Source: Negaprion brevirostris (lineage: Eukaryota). Taken from it: a stretch of 64,000 nt of DNA. Positions within the stretch are counted from its first letter, which is position 1. Each line of letters opens with the position of its first letter. Shown here piece after piece: positions 24,796 through 37,935 of the stretch. The position numbers and the translations under genes were made by a program. The stretch spans positions 45,229,237-45,293,236 of the forward strand of contig JARDVH010000106.1 in the NCBI GenBank assembly GCA_030324005.1. The letters are read 5' to 3'. The notes under the pieces are model-generated. The model had not been told where the DNA came from. It did not search any database and was given only the letters and a program-made list of their open reading frames with translations.

Positions 24796-26880
24796 CAAAA
24801 TGGGACAGGGACTTCATTGCATTGACTCAATCATGTTTGACAAAAACATTGTGGGCAACTGAGCAAAGTTTGAAAACAATTGGCACATACACTGTGCTGT
24901 GGCTTTATCAAGCAAATCCAAAAAGGTCCAGACATATAATTACCAAACTTAGCGGACCTCAAGGCTGTCGAGTAATCTGAAACTTCTGTTTGCCAAATGG
25001 AGGAGGAGAAGGACTCTGAAATATTGTTAAAAGAGTTTCAGAACATTTGCTTGCTTGATAGATAGGAGTTTAAGACTGTCAAACCACAGAGCCTCCAGCA
25101 ACACTTCACTGAGAGAGTAATGACACCATCATGGAAGAGTATGATTTCACCACCTTGGACATTGTATGCATCAACGCAAAAGCTAAAAGTAAAGACTGAC
25201 ACTGGAGAAAAGTGCAGCGTTAAGTAACCCAGCAAATGTTGCAGGAATGAGACCCATATGCAGCATATCCCAACACCCAAGTAGACCTCGTGTCATATGT
25301 GCAGAGAAGATGTGACCACTCTCCATTGTACACAGGGCAGCTTCAAGTTTCCAAATGTCGACCAGAACGTGAGACCACAGTTTGGTCTACTGAGCAGCAT
25401 CACACTGAGTCCAATCCACATTGATCCAGATGCACATCAGGCCCCATAAACAACAGAATATAAAGATTGTGATGCCATTGGGAAGCTACTGGTAATATAT
25501 CATAGGCTGGACGATTCACACCAGCAGTCTGTGTTCCAAGAAGAGTATCCTTAGTTATGAAGCAGAAGGTATTCAATAACTTGCATGAGCTGACAACATT
25601 GTGTCATAACTCGCATTGATGAGGCCACAGTGTGGGTTTCAGCAATGGTAGCTGCAGTAAAGAAAGATGGCTCAGCCAGGATTAGCATCAACATAGTGCA
25701 CTGCTCAGGCCTGATCGCCCTATGAAGATGGTTGAAAAGGTTATAGCTGACATGCCCAATGCCAAGGTTTTCAAAATCTTGGATGCAAAATGTTGGTTCT
25801 AGCAAATTTAGCTAGATGAAGAATCCTTGAAACTCATTACGTTCATGTCTCTCGTAGGCAGATATAATTTTCTTTGCATACCCTATAGAACCTCCACTGG
25901 CAACAAGTCAGCTCCTCCAACAAATTGTTGAATAGTGTTGGCAGGAGCACCATACAGCAGTCTTCAACAGGATCAAACCGTAATTCTCAGCCCCACCTGT
26001 GCTAATGTTCAAGCACCTGTTCCCCTATCGGCAGAGAGCTCCAAAAATGGAGATGGTGCAGTCTGTGACTAAAATAACTGATCAAAAGTTTTTGCATCAA
26101 GGGCCCTTATTGATACAGAGCCATTATGCTCAGATCGAGAAGGCACTCCTCTCACCCAAGTTTTTCCTCCTGTCAGAAATTCAATGACTTAATCTATGTC
26201 CAATCAATAATGAAACTGATCAACAGCGAGTCATAGTTATTCAAAATAAAGCTTTTTTCAAATTGTGTCTGCATGGCTGCTAAAGCTACAATCTCAATGT
26301 TAGCTACAAACATGGTAAGGAGTTGTACCTGGCTGATACCCTTTCCAGACCCTTTCTACTCACAAGGCAGATCATGAGAAGGACACTGACATCATGTCTA
26401 TAGAGATGCTTTCCTCTTTTTGAATCCAGAAACTCAAGGATGCCCAACAACCAGATCTCACACGCAGACAGCTTCACAATGTCTTCATGAAAAGCTAACC
26501 TGTGTACTCAATTGAGCATCACCATGATTTCGACATATTCCTCAAAGATAAATGAGCAGACAAGATGAACTGACACAGCATGACTAATAATTGGTTATCC
26601 CCATCTCTTTACAGAGGTAATTTACCCAGCAACTCAGCCAAGGACAAGGAGTTTGAAATAAGCAGATACAAGGCAAAGGAATCATTATGCTGGCCATCCA
26701 TGTATGCTGATATGGACAGGTAAATACCCAGATCTGTATCATGCAATGCAAACAAGCCACATCAAGCCAATGAGCCACTGAACCAACATGAAGCCCTGGA
26801 TCTCCTATGGTCACTGACAGTAAGTGACATTATCAAATGGAATGGTGACTAGCACTTGGTGCTAGTTGACTCGTATTCTG

Positions 26881-27167
26881 TAAAGTTAAAGTAAATTTAT
26901 TAGTCACAAGTAAGACTTACATTAAAACTGCAACGAAATTACTGTGAAATTCCCCTAGTTGCCACATTCTAGTGCATGTTTGGGTCAATGCACCTAACCG
27001 GCATGTGTTTCAGTCTGTGGGAGAAAACCGGAGCATCTGGAGGAAACCCACGCAGACATGGGGAGAATGTGCAAATTCCACACAGACAGTGACCCAAGTC
27101 AGGAATCGAACCCAGGTCCCTGGTGCTGAGAGACAACAGTGTGAACCACTGTGCCATCGTGCTGCCC
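26881..27167 (-). mobile_element. V-domain tRNA-SINE nested in the Gypsy integrase
   Basis: Reverse complement of the 8349-8656 family; it splits the integrase immediately after VLVDSYS. Confidence 0.88.
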
Positions 27168-28257
27168 AAGGTGCTTTCAATTTGACTAACTGACAGACAT
27201 GAAGAGCAACGTGACCAAGAATTAAGCTCAAGAAACATTTTACCACACAAGGCATCTTGCAGAGGATAATGATGGGGAATGTTTGCCAGTCCTAAAGTGA
27301 CTTTAGGAACACATGGGACACTGAGCACATAAAGAGTAGCCCCCTATACCCACAGTCCAACAATCTGGCAAAATGTGCATTATGCTCAGTCAAGCACTGA
27401 CTTGAGAAATGTACCTGAGATCACACAGGTTACTGTGCAGTACTCTTCAGTGTGAAATTTGCCAAGACATGGTCTGCTCTCTTCACCACAGTGACTATTC
27501 TTGAGGTGTTCCAGGACCACAACCCCATTGCCAAGGCCCTCTTGCAGCCAAATATCAAAACCAAAATGAGTGGCACCCTAACGGAGTGCTGACTAAGAGA
27601 GAAAAGGGTACTTTGATCACAGTGCTCCCAGACTCTGCCCTTTAATACCTGGTCAAGTGGTCAGGGTCTAGATCTCATGTGTCCACCACAAATGGGTGTT
27701 GGTAAATAGCCATGCCCCAGAGCCAAACAGTCAAGTGGTAGCCTCGGACAGTGCCCAATACGTACAACATTGGCGTTACCTACTGCAGATGTATGAACTA
27801 GCAGCATTAAGCACTACAGCACTCCAGGTATCCAGCCTACAATCAAGGCTCCTTTATGCTAGCAGAAATGGAGCCTCTGCCAAAGACTAACGTAGCACAC
27901 CCTGCTGCCACCTGGTACTCCACAAGGATGCCTGATGGCACCCACACTACGGACACTAGTCCATGAGTATCTCTAGCATAGCCAATTGTCACAAATATAC
28001 CCTCAGCACACTAAACAAAAATAAGGTTCCAGGACTCTGTTACCAACTAGTCTGCAACTATTTTTTGTTTTTTAAAAACCAGGAAGGAGGAGACACGATG
28101 GGCTATGCATCAGCTGCAGCCACCCAGTTCATGTATCACACAATGTAAATAGTTGCTTCTCGTTAGCCTGTTCAATTTGAATGTTTGCATCCAGTGACCA
28201 TTCTTGCACACTGTTACAGCTCAGTACTAATGGTTGTTGAATCTTATACGAGGAATA

Positions 28258-28423
28258 TGTAGACTAGGTGGTCATGTGGGTGACGTGCATGCATTAGGGG
28301 TCATGTGTTGGTAGCATGGGAGATCTTCCTGGAACATGGGCAGGCATTCAGCACACTCGATGTATTTAATGAGTTGTTGTTCTAAGTCCTTAGTTGCCAG
28401 TGATTGGAACACAGCCAAGTTCA
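28258..28423 (+). repeat. 3' LTR of Gypsy element
   Basis: tgtaga...gttca followed by ATAGC; homologous to 24608-24779. Confidence 0.78.
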
Positions 28424-31400
28424 ATAGCCAAGTCAGCAACACTTAATTGTTGTGGCAACACAAGAGACTACAAAATGACCAGGAGAATTGGTGCAAGAAT
28501 GATAATCAGCACACTAAAACATCACAAGAATGTGAAGTTGTTATAGAGGTGGCAACTACAGTATATACTGCCAGACTAAACGCATATTAGAAGGAATAGA
28601 AGCACTGAAACTTGCAGTAGCTTTGCAAGCAAACTTGTAAAGTTCTAAGTCTATTCAATGAGTTAATTTTAATCTATATATGTAAATATTATTTAAAATC
28701 TATAACTCCTAATATAGTTAGAACATTACAGATATCAGGATGAGATGCATTCCCTTTTTCATTGTTAACTCCCCTTGACTCTGTCTGCCTCATTGCACAT
28801 GAATTAATATCAAACTGTTTGTATTGGGTCTGTATGGTAGATCAACGAAGTTCACTTTTTACTGAGAGCCAACTACGCTTCATTTTCTCTTGCCAGAGAG
28901 AAGTAGGCAGAATGAGTGCATGGCTTCACCGGGATTCAACTTCTTCATGATGAAGGATGCTGTTGTGGGTGCACACACATCTCATGAAAACTCTGTACTA
29001 CACTGGAACCGAAAGAGATTCCTACCCCTCAATGTCCACTTCCACACTCAAAAGGATGGGTTGCAGACTCCGTGTGAAGCCCTGTGCTAAGTTGGCATTA
29101 GACTTTTCCATTATCTTTGACATTGACCACAGACTATCTGGCAGATGCCCAGATGCACACTGGGGGTGATCTTGAGCCCACGCTATCCATCCATGAGAAT
29201 GGCAGAAGTCACAAATATTGGCAGCGAGGTCGAGGTCTCCAATTTTTGCTGTTCCTCTGGCATGAACGTGATTTTAATATATTTAAATATAATTAAAGAC
29301 CTTCTTTGTCATATAATCCCATCTAGGTGAGGTTTACAACAGGTTCACCCAGACATGAACCTGTTGTGACACCTCTGTTCCCTCCCACCCTCTCACCACA
29401 CCCCCCCCCGCCAAGATTGTNNNNNNNNNNNNNNNNNNNNNNNNNNNNNNNNNNNNNNNNNNNNNNNNNNNNNNNNNNNNNNNNNNNNNNNNNNNNNNNN
29501 NNNNNNNNNNNNNNNNNNNNTGATAATGTGTCAAAGAATTAACTAATCTTCAATTATCATGTCCTTACTATAGTCGTGCAAGGGCACATGACTCACACTA
29601 AAGTGTAACAGGGTACAAGGGGATACTCTGCAAGACTAAAATAAGTTCACGAGCTATTCATTTTTCCCCAAACTGGATGTAGTATGCTGTATCATACAAT
29701 CAACATTAATTCAATAGTTCTGCAACCATCAATTCATGCTACAGAAGCCCTATTTACATAAATTTGTCAAAGTCACTTATGTTATTACACAGTGTTTCAT
29801 AATTCTGTTGGTAACATCACTTTTGGAAATATTCTGTTTCTGTCAAGGTTTGTTAAAAATGCTTTTGTTAAGTATATACTGTCAAATCATATCAATATAT
29901 ACTGGTTGTGGAGCTCCTGGAAGCAGCTGAAATATTTTTTCCATAAACTTACAGTAATCATATCACCATGGTTAATCCATTAGTATGAAAATAATGCATT
30001 AAAACTAAAGCTCACTAACAGTTGGTTTCCGAAATGATGCCTGCTTTGGGGGAACAAAACTACATAAAACTGAACCCTTAAAGATATGCATCGACGAAAG
30101 ACTGACTACGTAATGTAAAGGAAATAATTTTCGGGCTTCAAATGATGGTTGCAGTTAAATAAATTAGACTTTTCTTTTCACAGTTCTTGGTAACCCAAAC
30201 TTCTCAATCTCAAATCATGCTTTGATCATTTCAGCTATTGTCTTCTGTTTTGCAATTTAATATCAAATTATGCTGAAAATTCTTCACCCTTGGAAGCAAA
30301 TATTTGGCAAGGGAATATCCACAGTGACATCAGGTAAACCTACAAGCCTTTAAATTATTTTTTTTGCCTTATGCTTATCAAATAGAATGGAAATGTCATC
30401 TTATGGTGTGTAGTTTGTTGGTTACATTTCACAATTGCAAATAATTTGGTCATTAACAGAACATTCAAACAAATCTTCAATTTAGTCAATTAAAAAGCAT
30501 TAAATCACATAATTAATTTAAAATGATAAAAAAATTCCAGCAACACAGGCACAGAGTGCAGCACTCATTCCACCAAGTTTTTTCTGTTCAACCAATTATG
30601 TTTATTCTACAAATTGCAATGCTCATGAAACATGCAACCCAGAACACATGTCAAATGCACATGTCAACTTACAACTGAGAAAGTCTGGCATACGACTGAC
30701 TAAACAGGCAGAATTCAGCATAATTTCAGTGTCATTTCATTGGCAATCTTATCCATTATCGTGATTCTCAGACAAAAAAAAAACACCTTTTATGAAATAC
30801 AATATTAAAGTGATATCCAGGCTGTGTTAGTTAATGGCATTATTAGCTGGTGCACCAATATGCTGTGGCAGAAGGAAAACTACCTTATAGAAAGGAATCA
30901 CAGCCAGTGTCCAATATTACCATCAGGGCATAATTAAGAGTTCAAGTGTTTCCCTCTTGGTTGTGAAAAAAAATGGCCTCAGGCGGGAATGGGAATGTGG
31001 AATGAATCCTGTTCTGGTGGCGGGCAAGAAAGCATACCAAATTCTCTGGCCCTGACCTCATAATAATGCACCCGGGTATTTCATGCCAGGGCAGGGCAGG
31101 GCAGGACAGGTCTAGATGGTCTGCCATTGTATCCCAAACCAAATTGAAAAGGAATCCAACATCACTGACCCACTATTGAAGAAAGAAGGTGAACTTTCTG
31201 AAAATGACAATAGATGTCTGGGAACACTCAGGCTGGTAGGTGAATTCCCTGAAAATGCAGATGGATCTCTTGGGACATGATAAGACTAGAAGGTGCACCC
31301 CCTCAAGGCCACCTAATCTGCACAGTCTAGCGGCCGGCAGATGTACCCCTCACCCATTGCTATCGTATTCCAAGTGGCCTCCATCCTGAACTCTGGAGGC

Positions 31401-33670
31401 AGCTATATGCATTATTTAGTTTAGTCCCAACATCTGCACGTCACGTTTCTAAACATATTTCGCACTGGCACCATTTCTCTCTGGCACCATGAAGAATGTG
31501 TAAGTGTAGGCATTCATTTGCATCCTCTTAATGGGATGCAAATGAGGCCCATGCCAACTTCTAGCAGGTTTTTCGACCATGCCAAGCACCAGCAGATGAT
31601 GAATTCACACAACCCACAACTAATTTTGGGGCTTCTCACCATAGTCTCCCACTCTGACTGCCATCAAACGTGCTAGTGGGGACTTCCATCCAATATAATC
31701 TAAATCCTGAGTTGCTTCTGTTGGCTCAAGCGAATTGGTTGCAAAAAACAATGAAGCAGTCACCTGGCTATCAGTCTAGGGATGATAAATATGGCAATAA
31801 TGAAGTAGAGAGCTGGAAGAGTACAATTCCCCACAGCTGTCAAGCAAACCTTGTGATCTCTCCCTCCATGTTTTGGCTCAATACTTCCCCTTCAATTTCT
31901 CCATTTCCAAACCACCCTCTCCCTCAATTGTCCACCCCCTGATGTGACCTTCTATCCTAGTTTTTTTCAACCTGGCCAGCCTTCAAACATATTATTGTGC
32001 AGGTAGAAAATGGGAGTAAAAATATTCTAATAAAACCCTCCTGGTAAATTTGACAGGACCTCTGCCTTTTTGTTATTTCTGGATTTCCCAGTTGGTGATA
32101 TGCATCTGTGCTTCCTCCAAGCAAGTACCACAACCTTTGTTTCAAAGCCAAAGATGGAAAATTGCACTAAAATGAATAATTCTAAACTGTGGTCAATTAA
32201 CTTGTTTTTGCAGTTTACGTAGACATAAATGTCATGGTTATAATTCTCTGCCTTGTTGATATTGCCATTGTTACAGCCTTGTGCAAAGGATAAATAAGTA
32301 CTTGAGGCTGGAGTTGCAACTTTTAGGGAAAGTCCTTTCAAGGAGAATCTATGATGGTTGCAGTCTGCACAAAAATGGAACAATGTTAGATACTTCAACC
32401 AAGTTTCAAAAGGTTGACAAATCATTCAAACTGAAAAGAATCAGAAAAAAAACAAATGAAATGAAATCAAATAACCTTTAATCTGAATGTGAATAATGTT
32501 CAACAAAGGGTATGGCTCTAATTCAGTTTACATATCTGAAAAACAGAGGTCCGCTGATGACTAATCCTGTGGGTAATGCTGTATATTCATCTCAGGAGCA
32601 GCAAACTTGTCCAAAAAGATCTTCAAATAGGCTTCATCTGATAGATATCAGCAGATTGCAAACACGGATGTTGCGTAACTTCTCAGTTATCAAATCCTCT
32701 TCCTCTGCTTTCAGCAAAATAATCTTGCTTTTCTTGTGTCACTTTGAAATACATTTTGTATGCTTTCTATCCTCCCAATGGAATTGCTATTCATTGTCCA
32801 TAATAATTCAGACATTTTATGATTAAAAATGAGAATGTGTGCACATCTGAGAGCCCCAGACGATTTTCACATCAAATGAAATCATTAGTGGAGATGGCAA
32901 ACAAGATCAGGAATTCACCTTGAAAGGACTTTTCTCAGTGCTGTAATTCAAATCTCAATTGTTTGATTATATTTAGCGCTAAACTGCAACAGTAATAATA
33001 CCAGTAAATCAGAGAATTGTCACTGAATCCAATGTTATAAATATATTGCTGGGGAACAGCAGAACACAGCTTTGGTGGATAATGTCACCTTCCAAATAGA
33101 TGCATCAATGGATCTGAGGTCAAGGATTGTGTTATAAATACAGCAGATAAGAGAGATATAATTTTAGTGTAACTATCAGGCTTCCAGTGAATCATGCTAC
33201 CTTTGTCACTAAAGATAGTAATTTTAACAAACACTGACACTTTGAAAGTTTACCCTGTTTATGAATTTCAAAGTTGACAATGACATCTCAGCACTGGACT
33301 TTTATTTTCCCAATAGAAATAGTGGGGGGAATTTTCCATTCTGGAAACAAAGCACAATGATGGGTGGGGAAGTTGGCATGATTCTTATTGTGCAACAGCA
33401 GGTCAGATTCATCTGCTTTTGAGCTCATTAGTTATGCATCAAGAAGGTCATCAAAATTTGTGGTGGGGTGGACAGGGTTTCATCCACTTTGCATTACCTG
33501 CTGGAGTAGGTGGCGCAGGTGCCATATTTAAATGACACATGCACAGATGTTATGGGTGATTCTCCCATCCCATTGTGCTGCTTTTTTAGTGCAGCGGGCC
33601 AGAAGGCCCTAGTGGAGGCCATCTTGTGGGCTCCTCTCTGGGCGTCTGGGCACCATGGCCTCTGTGCATC

Positions 33671-33824
33671 TGAGGAGATGCTGGCGTTGGACTGGGGTAA
33701 ACGCAGTAAGAAGTCTCACAACACCAGGTTAAAGTCCAAGATGCAAGAAAGCAGACAAGATACTAAAAGGACTACAGATAATAAACTGGTTGGACTTTAA
33801 CCTGGTGTTGTGAAACTTCTTACT
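33671..33824 (-). mobile_element. Short Penelope-derived inverted-repeat insertion
   Basis: Tail plus arm at 33671-33739 and an inverted arm at ~33781-33824. The flanks tctgtgcatct and tccacgcatct fit a CpG-decayed TSD. Confidence 0.72.
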
Positions 33825-36229
33825 CCACGCATCTTTCAGTGCAAGATTTCTGATGACATCAATTCCATGCCAGAAATTGGCGCAGAGCTGCCAGCTGCCT
33901 AATATATTCAACAGTTCATTTCCACAAATTTAGTACCATTTGTGGGTCTGGGGCTGAAGTCGCTGGGCCTGCTGGCCTCTTCCCCACCACCAGGAGTATT
34001 GCACTCCAGCTGGGTTTGATAGAACTCCCCACTTGAGAGAAGCTGGTGGTCCGACCCCACTGGTGAAGGGAGGGTGACAATCAAGGCCCCAGAGGGTCAG
34101 GTGCTAGGTGGGGTGCCCCTGCGCATTGCCACCTTGGCAGTGCCAGCCAAGCCCCCTTGCACTGCAAATATTAGGAGTGTTGTCAAGAAATTGCATTTGA
34201 GAACAGTCTTAAATGAAGAAAGGCAGATAAAGTGTGTAATATGCTAATGAGGCACGTTACACATCACCACAGTAAGTGATGCAATGGCTTGTTGTCATCC
34301 TCTCTCTGGTAGGCCTTATGGCAAGAAAACTGCCAAATGGGCAGGGCCTAATGGGAGGCAATTAATTGGGCCGGGGTGGGNNNNNNNNNNNNNNNNNNNN
34401 NNNNNNNNNNNNNNNNNNNNNNNNNNNNNNNNNNNNNNNNNNNNNNNNNNNNNNNNNNNNNNNNNNNNNNNNNNNNNNNNNNNNNNNNNNNNNNNNNNNN
34501 NNNNNNNNNNNNNNNNNNNNNNNNNNNNNNNNNNNNNNNNNNNNNNNNNNNNNNNNNNNNNNNNNNNNNNNNNNNNNNNNNNNNNNNNNNNNNNNNNNNN
34601 NNNNNNNNNNNNNNNNNNNNNNNNNNNNNNNNNNNNNNNNNNNNNNNNNNNNNNNNNNNNNNNNNNNNNNNNNNNNNNNNNNNNNNNNNNNNNNNNNNNN
34701 NNNNNNNNNNNNNNNNNNNNNNNNNNNNNNNNNNNNNNNNNNNNNNNNNNNNNNNNNNNNNNNNNNNNNNNNNNNNNNNNNNNNNNNNNNNNNNNNNNNN
34801 NNNNNNNNNNNNNNNNNNNNNNNNNNNNNNNNNNNNNNNNNNNNNNNNNNNNNNNNNNNNNNNNNNNNNNNNNNNNNNNNNNNNNNNNNNNNNNNNNNNN
34901 NNNNNNNNNNNNNNNNNNNNNNNNNNNNNNNNNNNNNNNNNNNNNNNNNNNNNNNNNNNNNNNNNNNNNNNNNNNNNNNNNNNNNNNNNNNNNNNNNNNN
35001 NNNNNNNNNNNNNNNNNNNNNNNNNNNNNNNNNNNNNNNNNNNNNNNNNNNNNNNNNNNNNNNNNNNNNNNNNNNNNNNNNNNNNNNNNNNNNNNNNNNN
35101 NNNNNNNNNNNNNNNNNNNNNNNNNNNNNNNNNNNNNNNNNNNNNNNAAAACATTGGTTTGTGGTGACATAGTTTGTCTACAGGAACAGTCTAAGGGGCT
35201 TCATGTGACATTCATGAAAACAGTAATCAACTCAGACTTATTGAAGACTATTTATTACAATAAAGAGACATATAAATGAACAGGACTATGATGATCCGAG
35301 GCAGTTACGCACAAGAAACTACCAAACGCGCCCACACAGTTTATGTAGGAATTACCTTTATTATCAAAAGTATATTCATGAAATCTGAACTCTTCCAGAA
35401 CTCCTCTCTTCCCGAACAACATCCAATTCAATAGATCTATAAGACCAGCTTATAGTTACCACACAATGTATGACTGAGTAGTTATTCTGGGGAACATCTC
35501 TTCTTGGCTCAGCCCAGATTTGGGTTTTAACTTTATTCACAAAAGATTTTCTACATTCTTGCTTCTGATCTGCTGGCTACAACCAGCTCATTGGCTGCTG
35601 GATGGAATCTGCCCCTTGCTTCCATGAAAATGTTGCCAATTATATCATTGAAGATCCTTTTTGTATACTTGGCTGTCTGTTCCCTCAGATTTTACTTGGT
35701 CTAAAACACTAATATATGTATATCTTCCCTGGATGGTGCAGTCATCTACCCCAAAATGTTTCCTATTAGCAGGACAAGAAATTTCTTTTGGTCTGTCTAC
35801 AACTGCTAATCTCATAATTGGGATTCACATCCTGTGAAATAACTTTTAAAATGCTGGTGGTTTTGAACCTGTTTTGTACATAACAAAGAACATCAGCACT
35901 GCATGCCTTCCGGCCACTTGAAGCTCAACATTTTATGTAAATCCTGCACAAACCTTTTTTTTTATCCCTTACTGAGCTCAACACACACATCAGGCATGCA
36001 TGCTTCTGAAATGCTCTTTCATCCATTTTGCACACAGTCAAACCATTGGTTTTTCTGCAGAGCCAGATCTCCCAGCAGAGCTTGCTGATAAGGACAAAAA
36101 TCATTCCTGCATATAAAGATAGGTAGGTCTCCAAAAAAAAGTCAGAGTCCATCCAGTGTAGATCGACAATGTGGGGATAATGATTGAGTGACTTTTTATG
36201 TTGGCACAAGCCAAGTCAACTACCGATGA

Positions 36230-37260
36230 CCTCTCTTCTCTATTCCAGCTACCAGCCAGAAAAGGCAGAGGAAGACCACAAGCAAATTTCTTAATCCCAG
36301 TGCCCCGAACACCTCAAATGAGAGGCAAAGAAACTGTCCGATAAAGACACATTGCTGTGTTCATCTGCACCCTCCACTAGTGCAGATACATTCACATTGC
36401 TGAGTCTTAGTTCTAGAGTAGGTTCTGAGTCACAATCAGGTGATCACCACCTTGAAGTGTTTCCACAGAAGATGGAGGCAGTGACAGCTGAGGTCTTGGT
36501 TACTTGGAGGACTGCTGGAGACCAGGCCCCTTCCAAATCTGTGTCTGATCTTGAGTCTCTGCAGTTGATCATGAGAGAAACATTTGAGATGCAGGGACAG
36601 GAAGAGGAACACATGGCAGAGTTGTCAGAAGCTGTTACCAAACTGGAACGGAAGATGGAGATGTCTTTCCATGTTCTGTCTGATGTTGTGGCTCTGGCAA
36701 CGTGAGTGCAGTCAAGTCTCCACTGGAAGGATGATGGATGCCTTGGAGACCCAGGTCCAGCAGTTTCTGCCTGATTTGCATTCAGTTCTGCACACAATCT
36801 CTCGAGCCATGGGTGCATTCCAGCAATGACTAGGCAAGAGTGCAGCAGGGTACCTTAATCTCCCTTTAGATGCCTCTTTCCCTCAAAGATTTGGGAGAGT
36901 CCCTGGGCATCCTCAGGTGGTGTACCAGCTAGACACCCAGGGACACAGGCTGGTACACTCTAAGAGTGTATTCCAAATCCCCCCTGCTTCTACCCCCAAG
37001 AACTCCAGCAGGGCACACCATGGAAGCTGCACTTGCCCCAAAGCAGGAGATCTTCGCTGACTGGTGTCCTCCAGTTCTTTGTACATGTTCTCTGGTGGCC
37101 CAAATCATCTCAGATAACAATCAGCAGACTACCTCCCCCTTTGCTCTGGATGTTGGATCTGCCTCTAGGTGTAGTGGTAGAGTTAGAAATATTTAGTTTT
37201 GAATACACAGTGGCTGTTGGGGTGTTCGTTCATTGTGCTGAATCTGCACTATTGTAAATA
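36230..37260 (+). mobile_element. Decayed DNA-transposon ORF remnant (possibly Harbinger-associated)
   Basis: GC-raised block with broken ORFs, including a coiled-coil-like segment in 36352-36705. Loosely similar to 16.4-17.2 kb. The family assignment is inferred. Confidence 0.35.
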
Positions 37261-37624
37261 TTGTTTACATATATCCCTGTCCAAGTCTTGGGTATTGAAT
37301 TACTAATTGATGCAATACAAGGTTCTGTGTTCACTTAAGGGTACAAAATGACCCCCATCAACTCAATTATCTCATGTCTTGTCCCTCAGTTTCTTTATGT
37401 GTCAATAATGAATCATCTTTGTTCAACAACTGCAACATTAACAAAGGCACTTTGATATGAAAATGATACCTGGACAATACACATGTGTCAGGCAGACACT
37501 GTATGACCTCATGAGAATTGTTTGACCTCATGAGAATTGTTCATTCTCCCTTCAGCATGTTTTAATCTATGTACTTAAGGCTGAATTTTATTCCATTCTT
37601 CGTTTCCACTTTCTCAGCTCCATC

Positions 37625-37935
37625 TTAAATAGGAGGCGCTTAATTTTAATACTGTGCTCCCTAGTTCTACCTTCAGCAAGGAAACATCCTCTCAGCATCT
37701 ACGTTGCTAAGCTCCCTCAGAATCTTTTCTGTTTTAATAAGGTCAGTGATCACCCTTTTAAACTTCAATGAGTATAGGCCCAACTTGCTCAACCCGTTCA
37801 TCCCAGGAACCAGCCTATTGAACCTTCTCCGAGCTACTTCTAATGAAATTATGAGAGACCAAAACTACATACGGTGCTGTCGTTGCAGTCTTACCAATGA
37901 TTATACAATTGTAACAAGACTTCCCAATTTTTATG
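37625..37935 (-). mobile_element. CR1 LINE fragment
   Basis: Similar in layout and sequence to the CR1 copy at 49.6-49.9 kb (e.g. gaccaaaactacatacggtgct vs gaccagaactgtacacagtact). Confidence 0.6.

Larger units (their letters stand above)
24608..28423 (+). mobile_element. Gypsy LTR retrotransposon, old and internally deleted
   Basis: Homologous TG...CA LTRs at both ends and a 5-bp TSD ATAGC (24603-24607, 28424-28428). Degenerate pol motifs: RT (WVSAMVAAVKKDGSARI; MPNAKVFKILDAK), RNase H (YAQIEKALL; YKHGKELYLADTLSR) and integrase (VLVDSYS; SSPLYPQSNNLA). Confidence 0.9.

Noticed and set aside
32660-32740. Minus-strand KIILLKAEEEDLITEKL, resembling the NANS C-terminus (KKVLVTVEEDDTIMEEL)
   Set aside because: A stop codon lies a few codons upstream and there is no LGKSVVAK or GEPKG match.
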